Origin: Octopus sinensis
Taxonomy: Eukaryota
Direction of reading: 5' to 3'
DNA length: 64,000 bases
Assembly (NCBI RefSeq): GCF_006345805.1
Contig: NC_043002.1
Location: 44,268,001 to 44,332,000 of the forward strand
The first letter of the stretch is position 1; each line of letters begins with the position of its first letter. Below, one piece after another: positions 25,940 through 39,994 of the stretch. Under the pieces are notes generated by a model. It did not search any database. It saw only the letters and a list, made by a program, of their open reading frames with translations, and was not told the origin of the DNA. Both the position numbers and the translations under genes were made by a program.

Positions 25940-27354
25940 GTAAGAGATTTAATTTATAATACGTTTTAGTGTTTAGTTAGCGGATGTTAGGCAGTACTTT
26001 GACTCTACCAGACGTGTGTGACTGCTTTGAGACGGTGGACTTAACTCAAATGCATGCAACAGAATGAACCATGCTAAAACCAACCTACGATCAGGTGTGC
26101 ACATTAAACCGGGAAACGAGTTAAGACTACAACGTCTGCCTGTATATCGAAAACAGTACTTGAAAGTCCGCTAATCTGAAATTCTTTGAAATTAGAAAGC
26201 ATGTAATGTGATTATATTACCAACATAAGCATGTATAATTATCTTTCTTCCCTGTACATCTTATAATACTTCAAATCTATCTTTATTCGTGGTACTTTTA
26301 CGTTTCATGCAAAACATAATGCGCGGTAAAAGAAAAGTAACCCTTCCATTTCAGCTTTCCGACTAATGAAGATGTCTAATGTTATTCAAAAAGTACTTCC
26401 TTGTAAACATTGCAAATTTCCTATAGAACAAGCAATCTTTAGAAATGTAACTTTCGAGATAAAAGAAACACGCATTTTAAATAAAAGCACATCATGTTTC
26501 CATAATATGTGTACGTGAGGATAAAGAAATACGGGTCATCAAAATAAACAGGATTATGCAGCAAAAAAGACTGTGAAACCATACAGAAAATAGCAAAATA
26601 GTGCTGTTTCGTACTTTCAGCAAAATTACTAGATAAGACATTATAATACTGAATTAGGGAATTCAAAAGAATATGTAGTTTATTATAAACAAAAACGAAT
26701 GAGAGAGAATACATTGCATGGAGTAAACAAAGAAAAATTACGGATGAGAATTCCTAATAAGCAAACATGTTGAAGTTGAGATAGATCTTGACTGACCGAT
26801 GTATCAAAAACGTACGTGATTCTGTCGGTAAGTGTTGTATAGTACGAGATCTTTCATCTTTCTTCGTCGAGTGATCTACATGTGGTGTTGTGTATGTCAC
26901 TGAGTGTCAACACTAAATTTACTTCCTAATAAGATAATCGGTTGCCCACAGTCTGAGGATAAATTCCTCCTGTTATTACGGTAAAGTAAATTTGAATCTT
27001 ACAAAAACGAAACCGTCAATGACTGCACCTCGGCCTGCATGACGGTCATAAATTTTATCAACCCAATTTTATCATAATGTTATTAGTATTATTATGATCA
27101 TCACCCACTTCAATATCATTCCGTCACAAACTACGTATATAAATCTACATTTATACTTTTATTTCTGAAAACGCTATCATTTGTTAGATTTTTTTTAAAT
27201 TCTGGCCAATTTATCAATACGTTGACGTTATTCTATCAAATTGAAGGCGGTGAGCTGGCTGAATCGTTAGCACGCCGGGCGAAATGCTTACCGGTATTTC
27301 ATCCGCCGTTACGTTGTGAGTTCAAATATCTTTAAGATACTAATTATAATGAAC

Positions 27355-27550
27355 CAGTTACTCTTTTACTTGTTTCAGTCATTTGACTGCGGTCATATTG
27401 GAGCACCACCTTTAGTCGAGCAAATCGACCACAGGACTTATTTTTTGCAATTCTATCGGTCTATTTATCAATTTCAATTTTGTCGAACCGCTATGTGATG
27501 GGGACGTCAACATACCAGCATCGGTTGTCAAGCGATGTTGGGGGACAAAT

Positions 27551-27582
<32 letters not shown>

Positions 27583-28676
27583 TTATATTATATATATATA
27601 CATATATACGACGGGCTTCTTTCAGTTTCCGCCGACCAAATCCACTCACAAGGCTTTGGTCGGCCCGAGGCTGTAGTAGAAGCCACTTACCCAAAGTGCC
27701 ACACAGTGGGACTGAACCTGGAACCATGTAGTTGGTAAGCAAGCTACTTTATTTCATAAACATTTGCCATAAGTGGGAAGAAACAATTTTTCATTGCTCT
27801 CCAGGTGCTGACTTGCAAATTCACAGGTCAATTCTGGGGAGTCAAACAGCAACCACACGGTTGCGTATTTGACCCGCCCCCCACCGAGTGATAAACTTAA
27901 TCGCTGGCTTAAATTCTGCCAGCTCTCTTTCGATTATATCTTTTCTGAAAGCGGCAATAGCGTCGAGGGTCCTAGAGTAGGTCCTTAAAATCACCGTCTT
28001 ACTTTCAAGTCCTTTTAACCATTTTTGGGTGGTGTAATTTCCCACTCCACCAACTCTTCGTTGTTATTTGCCATGTTTTATTTAAAGAGTCCACAAATAC
28101 AGTTGTTAAAATATAAAATAATTAAAGAAAAAGAAGGAAGAGGAAAAAGTCCAAACAAAAAGGAGAAAAAAAAATTAACAGTTCAATAAAGAGTTGTTTT
28201 TTTTAATAAAAGATAGAAGAAGAGAGAGCAACAGTCCAAAACATAGCAAAGCCACTTGGTACTCCAGGCTAAAATTTTAGCACAATTGTAAAACAGTTAA
28301 AAAATCATTCCAATTTTCTTCTAGGTATTCCTTGACAGGAACAATATTGTTGAAACACTATTTTGAAACAAAGAATTTTTTTGCCAGGATACGCCTAACA
28401 AACCAATAATTTTCACAATTAAGTGAATAATATTTTTACTCAGCCTCAAGCAGAATAGAGTCTAGTGAGGACTTCTTGTTTGTAAAAATAATTTGCGACA
28501 TACAACAGACTCTCATTAGACAATGGGAAGTCATAACTTACAGATGAGTTTCAAAGGTCTTCAATTCAAAACGGCTTCAAAAGCGCGTCCTACCTCTTCG
28601 GTGTCAAACACAATTCTCTCTTGCTCATGCGCAATGAGGTAAGCAAGCTACTTACCACACATCCACTCCTGCGCCT
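27355..28676 (-). mobile_element. tRNA-derived SINE split by a nested insertion
   Basis: SINE body 27355-27749, head resumes 28638-28676; GGTAAGCAAGCTACTT is present on both sides of the insert. Confidence 0.85.
27750..28637 (-). mobile_element. Tx1/L1-like fragment (ORF2 end, 3' UTR, then ORF1-like start) with 16-bp TSD
   Basis: Minus strand: ENYWFVRRILAKKFF...KEYLEENWNDFLTVLQLC-stop, then a T-rich UTR ending aaataaaac, then ATGGCAAATAAC and KTVILRTYSRTLDAIAAFRKDIIERELAEFK. Confidence 0.6.
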
Positions 28677-29894
28677 ATACATTAGAATTTAACATTGTAA
28701 CTGCGCCAGTTAACATTAGAATTGACATAATTTCGAAATAATTTGCGTGTATTGTATAGTAAAATACCTAGTTTATTTAACAAATAGTTTAATATCTGTG
28801 TTTAAATTCTGAATGAGATATAACAGACGGAACATAATATAAGACAAGAATGATTTATTTTACTAAAAATTTTCATATCGAGCAGCTAGATTTGGTATAC
28901 TCCAAAACTGTCACATTATGAATTTAAATGGCGATAGTGATAGGATTGATTACGTATATGAAGAAATGCCAAAGGCAAAATATTTTCTTCCATGTAAACT
29001 TTGAGTTAAAATCTTAGCGTAATTTGTTTTATCTTTCATCTCTATAGAATCAATAAACAAGTACAACCAAAGTGATGTTCATTCAATCAGCTATAATTCT
29101 CTTCCTGTTCGCTGATCTAGTCGTAACCAAACGAAGAAAAATTAATTACCAAAACATAAAATACAATTGATTTATTTTTTTATTGAAAATTTTCCTTTCA
29201 TAACTTACATTAGTTTTAATAACATCAGTACTTTAAAATTATATTTGTTATTGTGCCTTTTCATTTGTTTGTTTGTTATTTTTAAATTTGATTTTAAATT
29301 GATATGTAACTATATTTGAGATCCATCGTTATTTTTTAGTTTTTGAGATCTTGAAGATTGTTTAGTGTTTAATACTTAGTAACGTTGTAGCCAGAAATTC
29401 AAGGTACTTTGAATATTTTAAAACTACATTCGGGCGAAATGCAAAGTTTGGCATACACAACTTGATTACAAATTTGCGCTAGGTTTATTTAGAAACCAAG
29501 ACGCATATACAATATTTTGATTAAATCAGCGAACCTACAGAAATTTTAAGGAAGCATTTCTCCAGGGAAAATTCTGTAAAATTTTACGCAATACAGATGA
29601 AAATCGTTCACAACTTGATTGAATCGACAAAAATACATCATCTCAAACCATATTCGAAGATAATTTGAAAAGTAGATGGAATATATGTTGAATAATATAG
29701 TATAAGCATATAAATAGGACACCTTTTGCTAGTCACGTCATAAAACACTTTAAACGAAATTACATCAACAAATTACTATTTCAAAATTCTGAAAGTAGAA
29801 ATACTAATACTAGGAATTGGAAAAATCAATATTAATTTCATTTGATATTATAAATATGTATATATATATGTATGTGTGTGTGTATGCATGTATG

Positions 29895-29938
<44 letters not shown>

Positions 29939-29951
29939 GTGAGAGAGAAAG

Positions 29952-30029
<78 letters not shown>

Positions 30030-30593
30030 TATATATATGCGTACATACATGCATGTCAACGCACGTATGTATGTATTCATTTATGTATGAATGTATATAT
30101 GTATGTACGTGTGTGTGTAATACTTTTCTAAAAGTTTATTGTAGTAAAAGAAACAGCTAAAGGACCATGTCACTAAAAGACTATATACCATACTATTACA
30201 TTCTTGATGCAGTAAGAACATTCACAACTAAAATTATCAGCATATATGAAATGAAGAAGTTTAAATCTTGAAGTGAAATACTATTGTAAATGTGGCTTCT
30301 CTTCCTCATTTTTATTGGTTATAAGTATTAAATGCATTGGTTGCCCTAGGCACAACTGATCTGCAGCTAAGTAGAGGGAAATGAGAAACTTTTGCGCTAA
30401 TACCATTTACTTATTGCTTATATTTATATAACGAGATAGATAAATAGACAAAGAGAAAGATAGATATCCCTTACTAACTTCTATATATATACATACGCAC
30501 ACACACACATGTATAGTATTAATTAATAGTAGATGGATTTCGTATTAGTCTTTTATTAGATACAAAATCTGTTTCGACCCATCAGTCTGGGTG

Positions 30594-30628
<35 letters not shown>

Positions 30629-30853
30629 GACAGACACACACACACAGACAGACACACACACACACATATATTTACCTTCGAAACACGCATTGAGTCGAAC
30701 CAGGGGCAGCTGATGAAGGGGAATATTCCTTGTATTGTTTGTCTTGTACCCTGTTTTCCGTTGTTAAAAATAGTCCGTTTCTTGTTTGTTTTTATGTTTT
30801 CGTTTCTCGTTGTGTTTATTTGTGGTGTCCTGTACTCATATATACATACATGC

Positions 30854-30888
<35 letters not shown>

Positions 30889-31949
30889 ATATATATATAT
30901 GCATGTATATATACATATAGATGTAGGTACGTACATATATGTATGTATGTATGCATATGTTTTATTTGTTAAATTGTTATTATATGACTGAGCGCCCCGC
31001 GTCGTTTCTTATTCTCCAAGTAAGTTTATATATATATATATATATATATAAGTATATTATACATTCTTACTTGGTTTGGTTGAAAAAGACGAAATGCAAC
31101 GACGGGCCAAGCAAGTGTTAAATTCAATGCACATAGGTGCATTTAAATGTAAAAATGAAACCAATGCACAACAGCTCTAAATTTTCTGTTAAACTACAGA
31201 TAAAACAATGCCACACATTTTGTGGGTAATATAGAGCTGATTCTGTTCTATATTTTTGAGATGAGGAATATCCGTCCAATGTAAATAATATAAATAACGT
31301 ATAGCGGATTGTATCGGAATCAGTCTTTAATTGCTCTTTATAATGAAAAGTAAAGTCTACCTGAAAAAATTTGTGTATAACAGAACGTAACTATCTACAT
31401 GATGGCATGTTTATAAAGATTGGATTTAATCGTTTTCCACTTTCACTGACTTGGAAATACTTTGCTTTTAGTATAAAAAATTGCTCTGTTGGGTATTGTC
31501 ACTAAATTAAAATTAGAAATTACATGCAAGTTTCCTATTTCACCAAAGAGATTAAATAAATGTCCAATATATTGAATGTCACAACAGATAATTACTTTCA
31601 GAGATGTCAAAATAAAGGCTGTAAATTACAATATTTGATCAGTCGTTTCAAATTCAAACATTAACCAAGCATTTGCCTCCATATCAAACACATTCTAATT
31701 TCAAGATATTTTAGAATATTAACTTAAAGAAAAGATACCATAAGAAAGTATACAACAAACATTTTCAGGATGCATCTCTTTATGCAAATCATTATTGACG
31801 GTCACATCGGTTGGAAATTGTATTCACACTCTTTGGCCAAAAGGGATCCATTTTGTTTTGTTATTTTATTGGAAATATAGCTTGTTAACGTGTAGATTAT
31901 ATTGCAATTCAAATAGATGTTTGTTACAAATGCTGCAAAGCTTCCTCCA

Positions 31950-32650
31950 CATCCACAATTTCTCAATAGTTTTTTTCAGGAATAACATAGTTTAAAATAT
32001 TACATAAAGAATCAAGAGAGTTTAGAGCAACTGATTACGAAACTGGTTTCAGAACAACCACTACAAGAGTGTATGCTGGCTTTACCCTGCAAATATTTTG
32101 CAAGAAAGCCTGTATTAAATAAGGCAAACATGGATGACAAATCAACTTTTGGTCAAGTATGACAAGTATGGTTCAAACGAGTTTTAGAAGGTCCTTCAGT
32201 GTAATGAATAAATATTTGGCTTTGCTATGATGCCAGAGTAGATTATCTTTGCAGAAATCGTGTCAGCTTCGTCTCACAGAGTTTTTCAACAATTGAGAAA
32301 TATAGAAAATGTAAAATCACGGTATGGAGACAGCTTGATAGCAAGGATTTATTGAGCTTATAAAATGTGAATACCTTGGAATACCTTGAACTGTTAGAGG
32401 GAAGATTAAAAATCTAGCTGCAAAAAATCATTTACCGGAGAAATAGAAATCTTTTTTTTCTACAAGACAATGCAACAAAACAACAAAGAATGGCTGGAAA
32501 ATTATATCATGGCCAGGTCAGAGTTCAGCTTTGAATCTACTAGAAAATATTCAGGCATATATTTATCAAAACAATGATGACAAAAGTTTGAAAATTTCGT
32601 CAATTTTGGGAAGATACGATATGTAATAGTATCGTTGGGGAAATTTTGAT
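31950..32650 (+). mobile_element. Highly decayed Tc1 transposase remnant
   Basis: QDNA at 32463 and WPGQSSALNLLEN at 32510, derivatives of QDN(A/D)P.H and WP.QSPDLNPIEN. Confidence 0.6.
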
Positions 32651-33059
32651 ATTTTGCCTGAATGACGCAGTAAGTTAAAAGTAACTAAAAGACATATTTT
32701 CTACATTAATTTGTACAGATATTTCTTCATGGATTACCGAAAATAGTTGTATTCGAGTGTGTGTGCGTGTAGAAGTTATTCTTTTTTTTCTCCTTGCGTT
32801 TCAAGGCTAGGGAAATGTTGGTCCATGAACAAATTTGACGAGCGTTCTACTATGAAATGTCACGACATTTTTCAAAGTCGAGAAGAAAAATAGGAATTTA
32901 AAAGGGTTAAAACTGCCCCTAGGGGCCAACTTTGAAAACACACTCAAACGAAAGTTGGGTGCTTCATACATCCTGTGTGCAAACCTTAAAACAAAATGTG
33001 TGCAATAAAAGATCGAACAAAAATGATTGCCTGTGGAGCCGATACGACAACACGTCAGT

Positions 33060-33093
<34 letters not shown>

Positions 33094-33103
33094 ATATATA
33101 TAT

Positions 33104-33162
<59 letters not shown>

Positions 33163-33208
33163 TATTTATATATATGTATATATATTATATATATATATAT
33201 ATATAATA

Positions 33209-33249
<41 letters not shown>

Positions 33250-35706
33250 CATAGATGCGAAATGCAGGTCATTCTCCACCGTTTTCACCGACACATTCCT
33301 CGGCCTGAGTCTATAGCGGAAAACACTAAGTACTGCAGAGTGAAGTGAATTACGGCACCATCGGTTGCAAAGGGAACTTCTTAATACCACCACCGCTGAC
33401 CTTTTGTTACTAAAGTTAATTATTGAATATATGTCATAATATGGATCAATACGTCATTTAATAATGTTTATTTTTAGAAGATAATTTCTGTCTTTACACT
33501 TCCTCTATTTCAAGATGATAAAAATAATCATTTAACATCGACTGAGACATCATAAAATAGAAGTTCCTGATTATAGTATTGCGTTTTTTCTGAAATCACT
33601 TTTAGTAAAAATACAGGACATTTAAAAAAGATGTTCGTCACTTTTAGCCATTAGTACGTTTTGCATAGATCTATATTTACAAGTTCGTATAAGAAAGTTT
33701 AGTGTTCAATTTAAATTCATTTTTAGACATTTTGTAAAAACATTCGTTTTAAAACGTTATATGTAGTTTTTCTGATGCTGATTTATTTTATTTTATTTAT
33801 GTTTGTTATATATAAGAATCATGCAAATGATATTGCTCTCAACTGAAGTGTTAACATCATTTCTATGTTGGATAAGGTGCCTTCCAAATTTTAGTTGCTG
33901 TTATTAATATTATATTATTAATAATATAGTACAGTTGGTAAAGCCTAAACACTAACGCCACTGGGGAAAAATACATAGCAATATATAGTCATGTACATAT
34001 ATTGCATGAACTCAAACTATATTAGAGTCAACCTTGCTTTTGTATGATTTCGTAGGCTTGTGTCATTGAAGGAATTAATAAATATTTCTATTAAAACAAT
34101 TTTGTAAAGAATTAATGAAACAATGACATTACCTGATAAATTATTGGCAGTAATTAGTCTCATTTCTGACTACACTAGAGATGACTTTAACACCCGTCTT
34201 TCTGGGCATGTTAAATCGGCTATGCTATTTCGATTCGTTTCTCTACATAGTTGGTTAAGATAAAACCAATGCTCATTTTCATTTGAACCATTTGGAGCTG
34301 ATGAAATAAGTATTTCTCGTATACTAAAATCAGGTAGATCAAGAATATCTCACTACTATAAATGTCGTTCTGTTCCAATGTTAGAAATAATTGCTAATAG
34401 GTGTTATATGTATAGCATTTAGCGTGATATTAGATCTTGTAAAATTCTACCAGCAGAGCAACACTATATTAAAATACACTTCCTAGTATTCCACAGAAGT
34501 TTTGTGGTGATCCAAAAAACAGATGATCCGATATATAGTAACCAAGATACTGTAGTTAATTTTTTTTTAATAATTCTGAAATTTATTATTGTAGATGATT
34601 AACAAAATTCTTACTGTGACAATAGAATCACTGCTATTTCAAATATATATATATTCCCAAGATTGGTGTAAAACAGGAAAAGAGACGGGTACATTGTCCT
34701 GTACACACGTGTACATCTAAATATGTCAGTGGAAAACTTGGCCTTACAGCGTAAATTTTGGTACGTACAAGGAGGTAATTTCCTCCAAACTTTCTAGAAG
34801 CTACTAGAAGCTACACTGACAAAGAAGTGTTAAGGAAGTGGGGAGTTTACCTTCTGCAGTAAAAATCTGATCACCGTCTATGAAAATAATATTTAAGAGA
34901 TAAGAGAAAGACAGATTTAAAAATTATAAATCGATGAAATTTATAGATTATATATATATTCTAGACAGTTTTTCGCTAGTCAATAATTTAGATCATCGTG
35001 TATGTATATCTAAAAATAAAGAGTATCAGATTTTGTATATTATTTTCCCTTTTTGCTCAATGCCTTCTATGGAAGGCTATTTAATTTTTATAGAATATTT
35101 TGCAAGGACTGTGAATAATGGGATTAGTTGAATGCCGGATACAAAATTTGGCTGTATATAAATTTGACTCTTTACATTATTAATGCGAATCGTGTCAAAT
35201 TCGAATCTATGTTTCATTTTTCGGGTTCCATATAGTAAAGATATGTAATACTTATAGCGAATGTTGTCGAAACGTATTGAGTAAAGCAAATATATTAATG
35301 TCGGCTCAAATTACTTTCTACCATTTTGTGATCGATAAACAAAACAATTACTATACTCTGCTATATTCAGCTCTATAAATTGGAGTCTGTGACAACGATG
35401 AATATTCATTTCATATCAAATACCTAAGTGGTGTGTAGATTGAATCTTCAGCATCATTGTAAATAATCTGTTGATGTTTCAGTTCAGTAATCACCTAAGT
35501 AATTTTTGCGTTCAAATTTCACAGTGATCGGGGATACTGTCACTAAAAATAATATTTTCACCCACACTTTGGTTTTGAATTTATGAGAGCATGTCATTTG
35601 ACGAAAGTGTTTTAATTTATGCATTTATCAAGCCAATCAAAATGTGCAGAATAATGTTTCCGCACAGGAGATAAACCAGTTTCAACTTTTGCTGTTCCAT
35701 TTCCAG

Positions 35707-35881
35707 CTATGCTCCTGGCAGGTCACCGACATGATGGATTATAGTAAATGCGTTCAAGTAGGTGTTGTTAGCTCAGGAATTATCCCTAATCTGAAAAAGA
35801 ACGTTTTATATAAACTTCGAGTATGTGGTTTCACTGGAGCTGGAGATGGAAAATTAAGTGAATTAACTTACTTCACACTTG
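35707..35881 (+). CDS. CNTN: Contactin-like gene, internal exon (C-terminal half of last FN3 domain)
   Basis: Acceptor ttccatttccag|CTA, donor CTTG|gtaagt; 175 nt, phase 0 to 1. Encodes LCSWQVTDMMDYSKCVQVGVVSSGIIPNLKKNVLYKLRVCGFTGAGDGKLSELTYFTL, with FN3 motif L..N..Y.LRV......GDG..S. Confidence 0.92.
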
Positions 35882-36552
35882 GTAAGTATAAATTAAACTT
35901 TTTTTAATTTTTAAGTTTAGCCTTTTAAGCTAAATCTTCTTGGGGGAAGTAACCTTATGTATATAAATAATGACTCCTAGGGTTGCCACAAAGATGGAAA
36001 TTATCTATGAGTGAGGATGTTGCTTATCAAAAATGATCAGCATTTGCTTGATACTTATTTATTTAATCCAGAAAGATGAAAAGTAAAATCTACTGCGGTG
36101 GAATTGAAAGGGTCACACTAAAATGAAGAGACATAAAAAGTGTCTTAAAATATTCACTTTAGCACTCTATTATTTCTTTTAATTGTTGCACTTCTTGTTA
36201 CATAAAGCGAAATCAGACATTCCTCTGGGTACTACAAACATGTATATGTAAGCAACTAAGCAGAATCTCAAGTTTTAGAGCACATTTAACCTGTTACTCG
36301 GTTTCCATGACATATAAGTGATCGAGATCACAGCATTCATTTACAGCTGAATGAATTTGAACTGGTTCAGCTTGACATGAAGTTTGTTGCTCAAGAACAC
36401 TACGAACCGCTTAGTTCGGAAATCGAAAACACGACCCTGTAATTGTGAACAAAACACTTTAGGCAATAGACCATGCATCTTCATACAAATGCATAGATAA
36501 ATGTATATTTATACCACATATTGTATATTTATACCACTGGTCGGTCACGGTG

Positions 36553-36604
<52 letters not shown>

Positions 36605-37649
36605 ACTTATAATTAAGGGCTAAAGAAGGTTATTCTATATTGTTAGTATATATATATATTATATATATATATATATATACCATAACTCTCTGTGAAGTAC
36701 ATTAAGTGTGGCTAACCCTTAAGGGTGGATGCTACTGTAGCTCGTAGCCCCAGGAGGACACCTACTCCAGCTGGCTATCGATACACTTTCTGTGCCTTAT
36801 CATTATTTGCAAAGGGAAGCCATCCTTCCCATCTCCAACCTGACATAATACAGACGGACCCTAGTTTCTGGGTATCATTATAGATATATCGTAAAAAAAT
36901 AGGTAAATAGATAAAAATGACTAGTAAGTAAATGTCTTAAATTAAGTGTGATTGCATATATTATTAAACTATTCCTTCATTCACAAGAACTATGGGTTAA
37001 AATCCAGTAAGAAGTGCTTTACTGATATATAAATAAGTATTCATTATTGCAGACTTAAATTTATTAAATATTTACGAATGTAGCTGGGAGATATTATACC
37101 GACGTTATATCTTCGATTTTTAATCTCCACGATACGTGAATTGAAATAAGTTGGGAAGAATTCACAGTAAGAATTCAGGAATTTAATTCCACATGAAAGC
37201 AATGCAATTTCCCTTTTGTTTTAGAGAGAAATCGATTTCCAGTAGATTTAGAATTGTGAGTAACATTAAGCAACTTTCAAGGATAAACAACTGAGAACGT
37301 TGCCTTATTCATAAATGAGTCACTATTTACTCATAAAGAGTCGTTCTTAACTCTTTTTTTTAAAGAGTGTATTTCCTTATTGACGTAGATATAAAGTTTT
37401 TTTAAATAGCACTTCTCGAGGTAGAAGTGATAAATACATAATAAAGAATATTATCTTTTCTCTTCTACCTATGTGAGCTATACACCATCTTGAGACGTTT
37501 CTTCGGATAAACTACCATTTTAAAAGAAATTATGCAATTTTGTGTTGTCCAGAAACTTCTAACAATCATAGTTTTGAAAATAACCGTGAACGTCCGCGGA
37601 TAGAGCTACTCTTTATTGATTAAGGAAGGGTAACTGGACGTCAATCATA

Positions 37650-38187
37650 ACACTGTTCTGTCCCCAAAACCCTAAGAGCCTCTTCTCCTTATCTCCTCAA
37701 AGACATACAGCATCTCGAAAGAGTCCAGAAGCTGGCTACCCGCATGGTTCATGGTCTCAAAAATTTGTCCTACGAAGAAAGGCTGAGGACGCTCGACCAT
37801 TATTCTCTTGAAAAACGCCGCCGCCGTGGTGATCTCATTCTCGCCCATAACATCATAAGCGGAAAGTGTAACCTCTCGAAAGAGCTGTTCTTCACTCTTG
37901 CTCCAGAGCGTCGGCTGCGGGGTCATTCCAAAAAGCTCTACCTGCGACGATTTCATCTCAATCGAAGGAGAGGAGCTTTCTCCGTCCGGGTTGCGGATCC
38001 GTGGAACAAGCTGCCAGACGAGATGGTGAAGATGCCGACGACCGCTTTGTTCAAAGCCTCCCTTGACCTCAAGTGGCCTGAACTCTTTACATGAACACCA
38101 CCCTGTACTTAACTCCATGTCCCCCTACATGGCCTTGCTATTTGCTTTTGAGCCAAATTAACTAACTAACTAACTAACTAACTAAGA
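37650..38187 (+). mobile_element. CR1 LINE 3' fragment with (CTAA)n tail
   Basis: LSYEERLRTLDHYSLEKRRRRGDLI...LRGHSKKL...FSVRVADPWNKLP; tail ctaactaactaactaactaa. Confidence 0.92.
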
Positions 38188-38753
38188 ATCTATATTTTCT
38201 ATGAATTCTATGTTAATTATCAAATACAGTACAAAAATGCTCTTCTTCTGTTCTGATTTATTGTGTACATGTCTAATAATGGATTCAAATTTTGACCCGA
38301 GGCCAGTAATTCTGGGAGAGAGGTGAGTCGCATACAACGCCCCCCCCTCCCAGTTTTCCACTGCTTGAAATGTCATTGAACCCGAAGGGCTGAAAGGCAA
38401 AAATCGACATCCGCGGAATGTGAACTTAGAACGAAATGCCGCGAAACATATTGTCTGGCATGCAAGTGATTCCTCTACCGCATTTGCCTTGTTTACATAT
38501 CCAATAATAATGATAATAATTTCTATCCCAAAATTTAAGAAAATTCATATTGGTTTGCATTTCATCTTTGTTACCAAATCAAATATAGTATCCATGGAAA
38601 TAGCCAAAAAATGGATTTGTTCTGTGTACATCTCTAATAATAGTGATCATAATTTTGTTTCTTATCAATGTACGATAATGTGAAAATTATCTCCAGTTGA
38701 ATAATTTGACAAAATCAAAATTTTACAAATATTTCCTTTCAAATATTTTCCAG

Positions 38754-38884
38754 GTGGTCTGGTGAAATATAATCCGCAAGATTTTGAAGTCTTGGCGATT
38801 TCAAGCACGATTCATGCAAACTTTGGAATAATTTTAATTCTATATATTATAACTATCTACTCACCGAACAACATTTTTACATGA
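38754..38884 (+). CDS. CNTN: Contactin-like gene, terminal exon A (GPI-anchor-signal-like C-terminus)
   Basis: Acceptor tttcaaatattttccag|GT, phase 1. Encodes (G)GLVKYNPQDFEVLAISSTIHANFGIILILYIITIYSPNNIFT-stop: small-residue cluster, spacer, hydrophobic tail, no cytoplasmic domain. AATAAA at 38966-38971. Confidence 0.85.
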
Positions 38885-39994
38885 AAATTCAAAATTCAAA
38901 ATTTTGCTTTTATTTGAATATATTTTAAAAGCTTCAACATTCAACGCGTTTGATTGAAAATGCTAAATAAAAAATATATATATATAAATAAAATTTTAGT
39001 TTTAGTTATTTTCATATATTTTCTGTATTCTACATATAATCAAAATATCTATTATGCATCAATTTTCAAAATTACAAACAACATAATAATGAATTTTTAA
39101 AATTTATTTGAATTTTCCCCTAAGTGTAACATTTTCTTTAGTCTTAATTCATACCTGAATAAAAAGTTCTTTAGAAATAAATCTGATAAATGATAATTAT
39201 GATAATATTGTTGTTGTTTTTATCGTCCCAAGATCTGCTTTGAGCTTATAGGCGTATAAGGAAACAGCTTTTAAGCTATGACCAATCCGCTTATTTGTAT
39301 AATAGAAAGTACATTGATCCTTGTATCCTTTTTATTGAAACTGGGTTATATTCGTTATATTCTTATGAATATATGCGGCGCCACTAAACTCATGTGATCT
39401 AATCCGTCATTGGTGTAACTGCACCACCATCAACATTACTCGGGAAGTTTCAAAGGTTTCATTCTACTGCCCGCAATTGGGCCAGGCCTCGATATAGATA
39501 CAATGATTCCGGCTGTTTACCATAATTAGAGGATAGAGAGGAAAGTGGTATTCCGGTGGAGACCTGCCAACGGAAATGGCAGTGGCCCAGGGCTGTGATT
39601 AAGGCCTTTGTTATCTGCCTTATTTGCTGGCCGGCCCACTCTCCACAACCTACGTCGAGGTCAGCTACTTAGAGGAAACCGAAATTGTGCTTAGTACAAT
39701 ATCATGAGTCAGAATACCTACAGTATCAATCCGTAATCTAACAAGTCCTGTGAGGTAAAAAAAAATGTCTCTTAGTTTGTGGAGGGAAACTGAAAGCTAC
39801 TGGCTGAGCCAATGGAACAAACAACAAAATGATGCTGAGTGGTAAGAGGTTTTCGTTTCCACATGAAAACATTGTTTAATTTTGAAATGCACGAACGTCA
39901 TATCTAGAGAAAAATCTTTATTTGAATTTAAATGTTTTTAGCGAAAAATTAATCAACAATTAATCAACAATTAATCAACATTATTAACAATATA

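Larger units (their letters stand above)
36945..39980 (+). repeat. Diverged segmental duplication, copy 1 (contains terminal exon A)
   Basis: Colinear similarity to 43050-45560 in upstream intron, a shared decayed SINE fragment, exon and downstream block, e.g. caaggataaacaactgaga and cccgcaattgggccagg in both copies. Boundaries approximate. Confidence 0.85.

Noticed and set aside
30675-30719. Permuted hammerhead-like words (CCTTC-GAAAC...GTC...CTGATGA-AGG)
   Set aside because: Stem I cannot be formed and the stem II register conflicts with the core; at best half of a motif from a tandem repeat.
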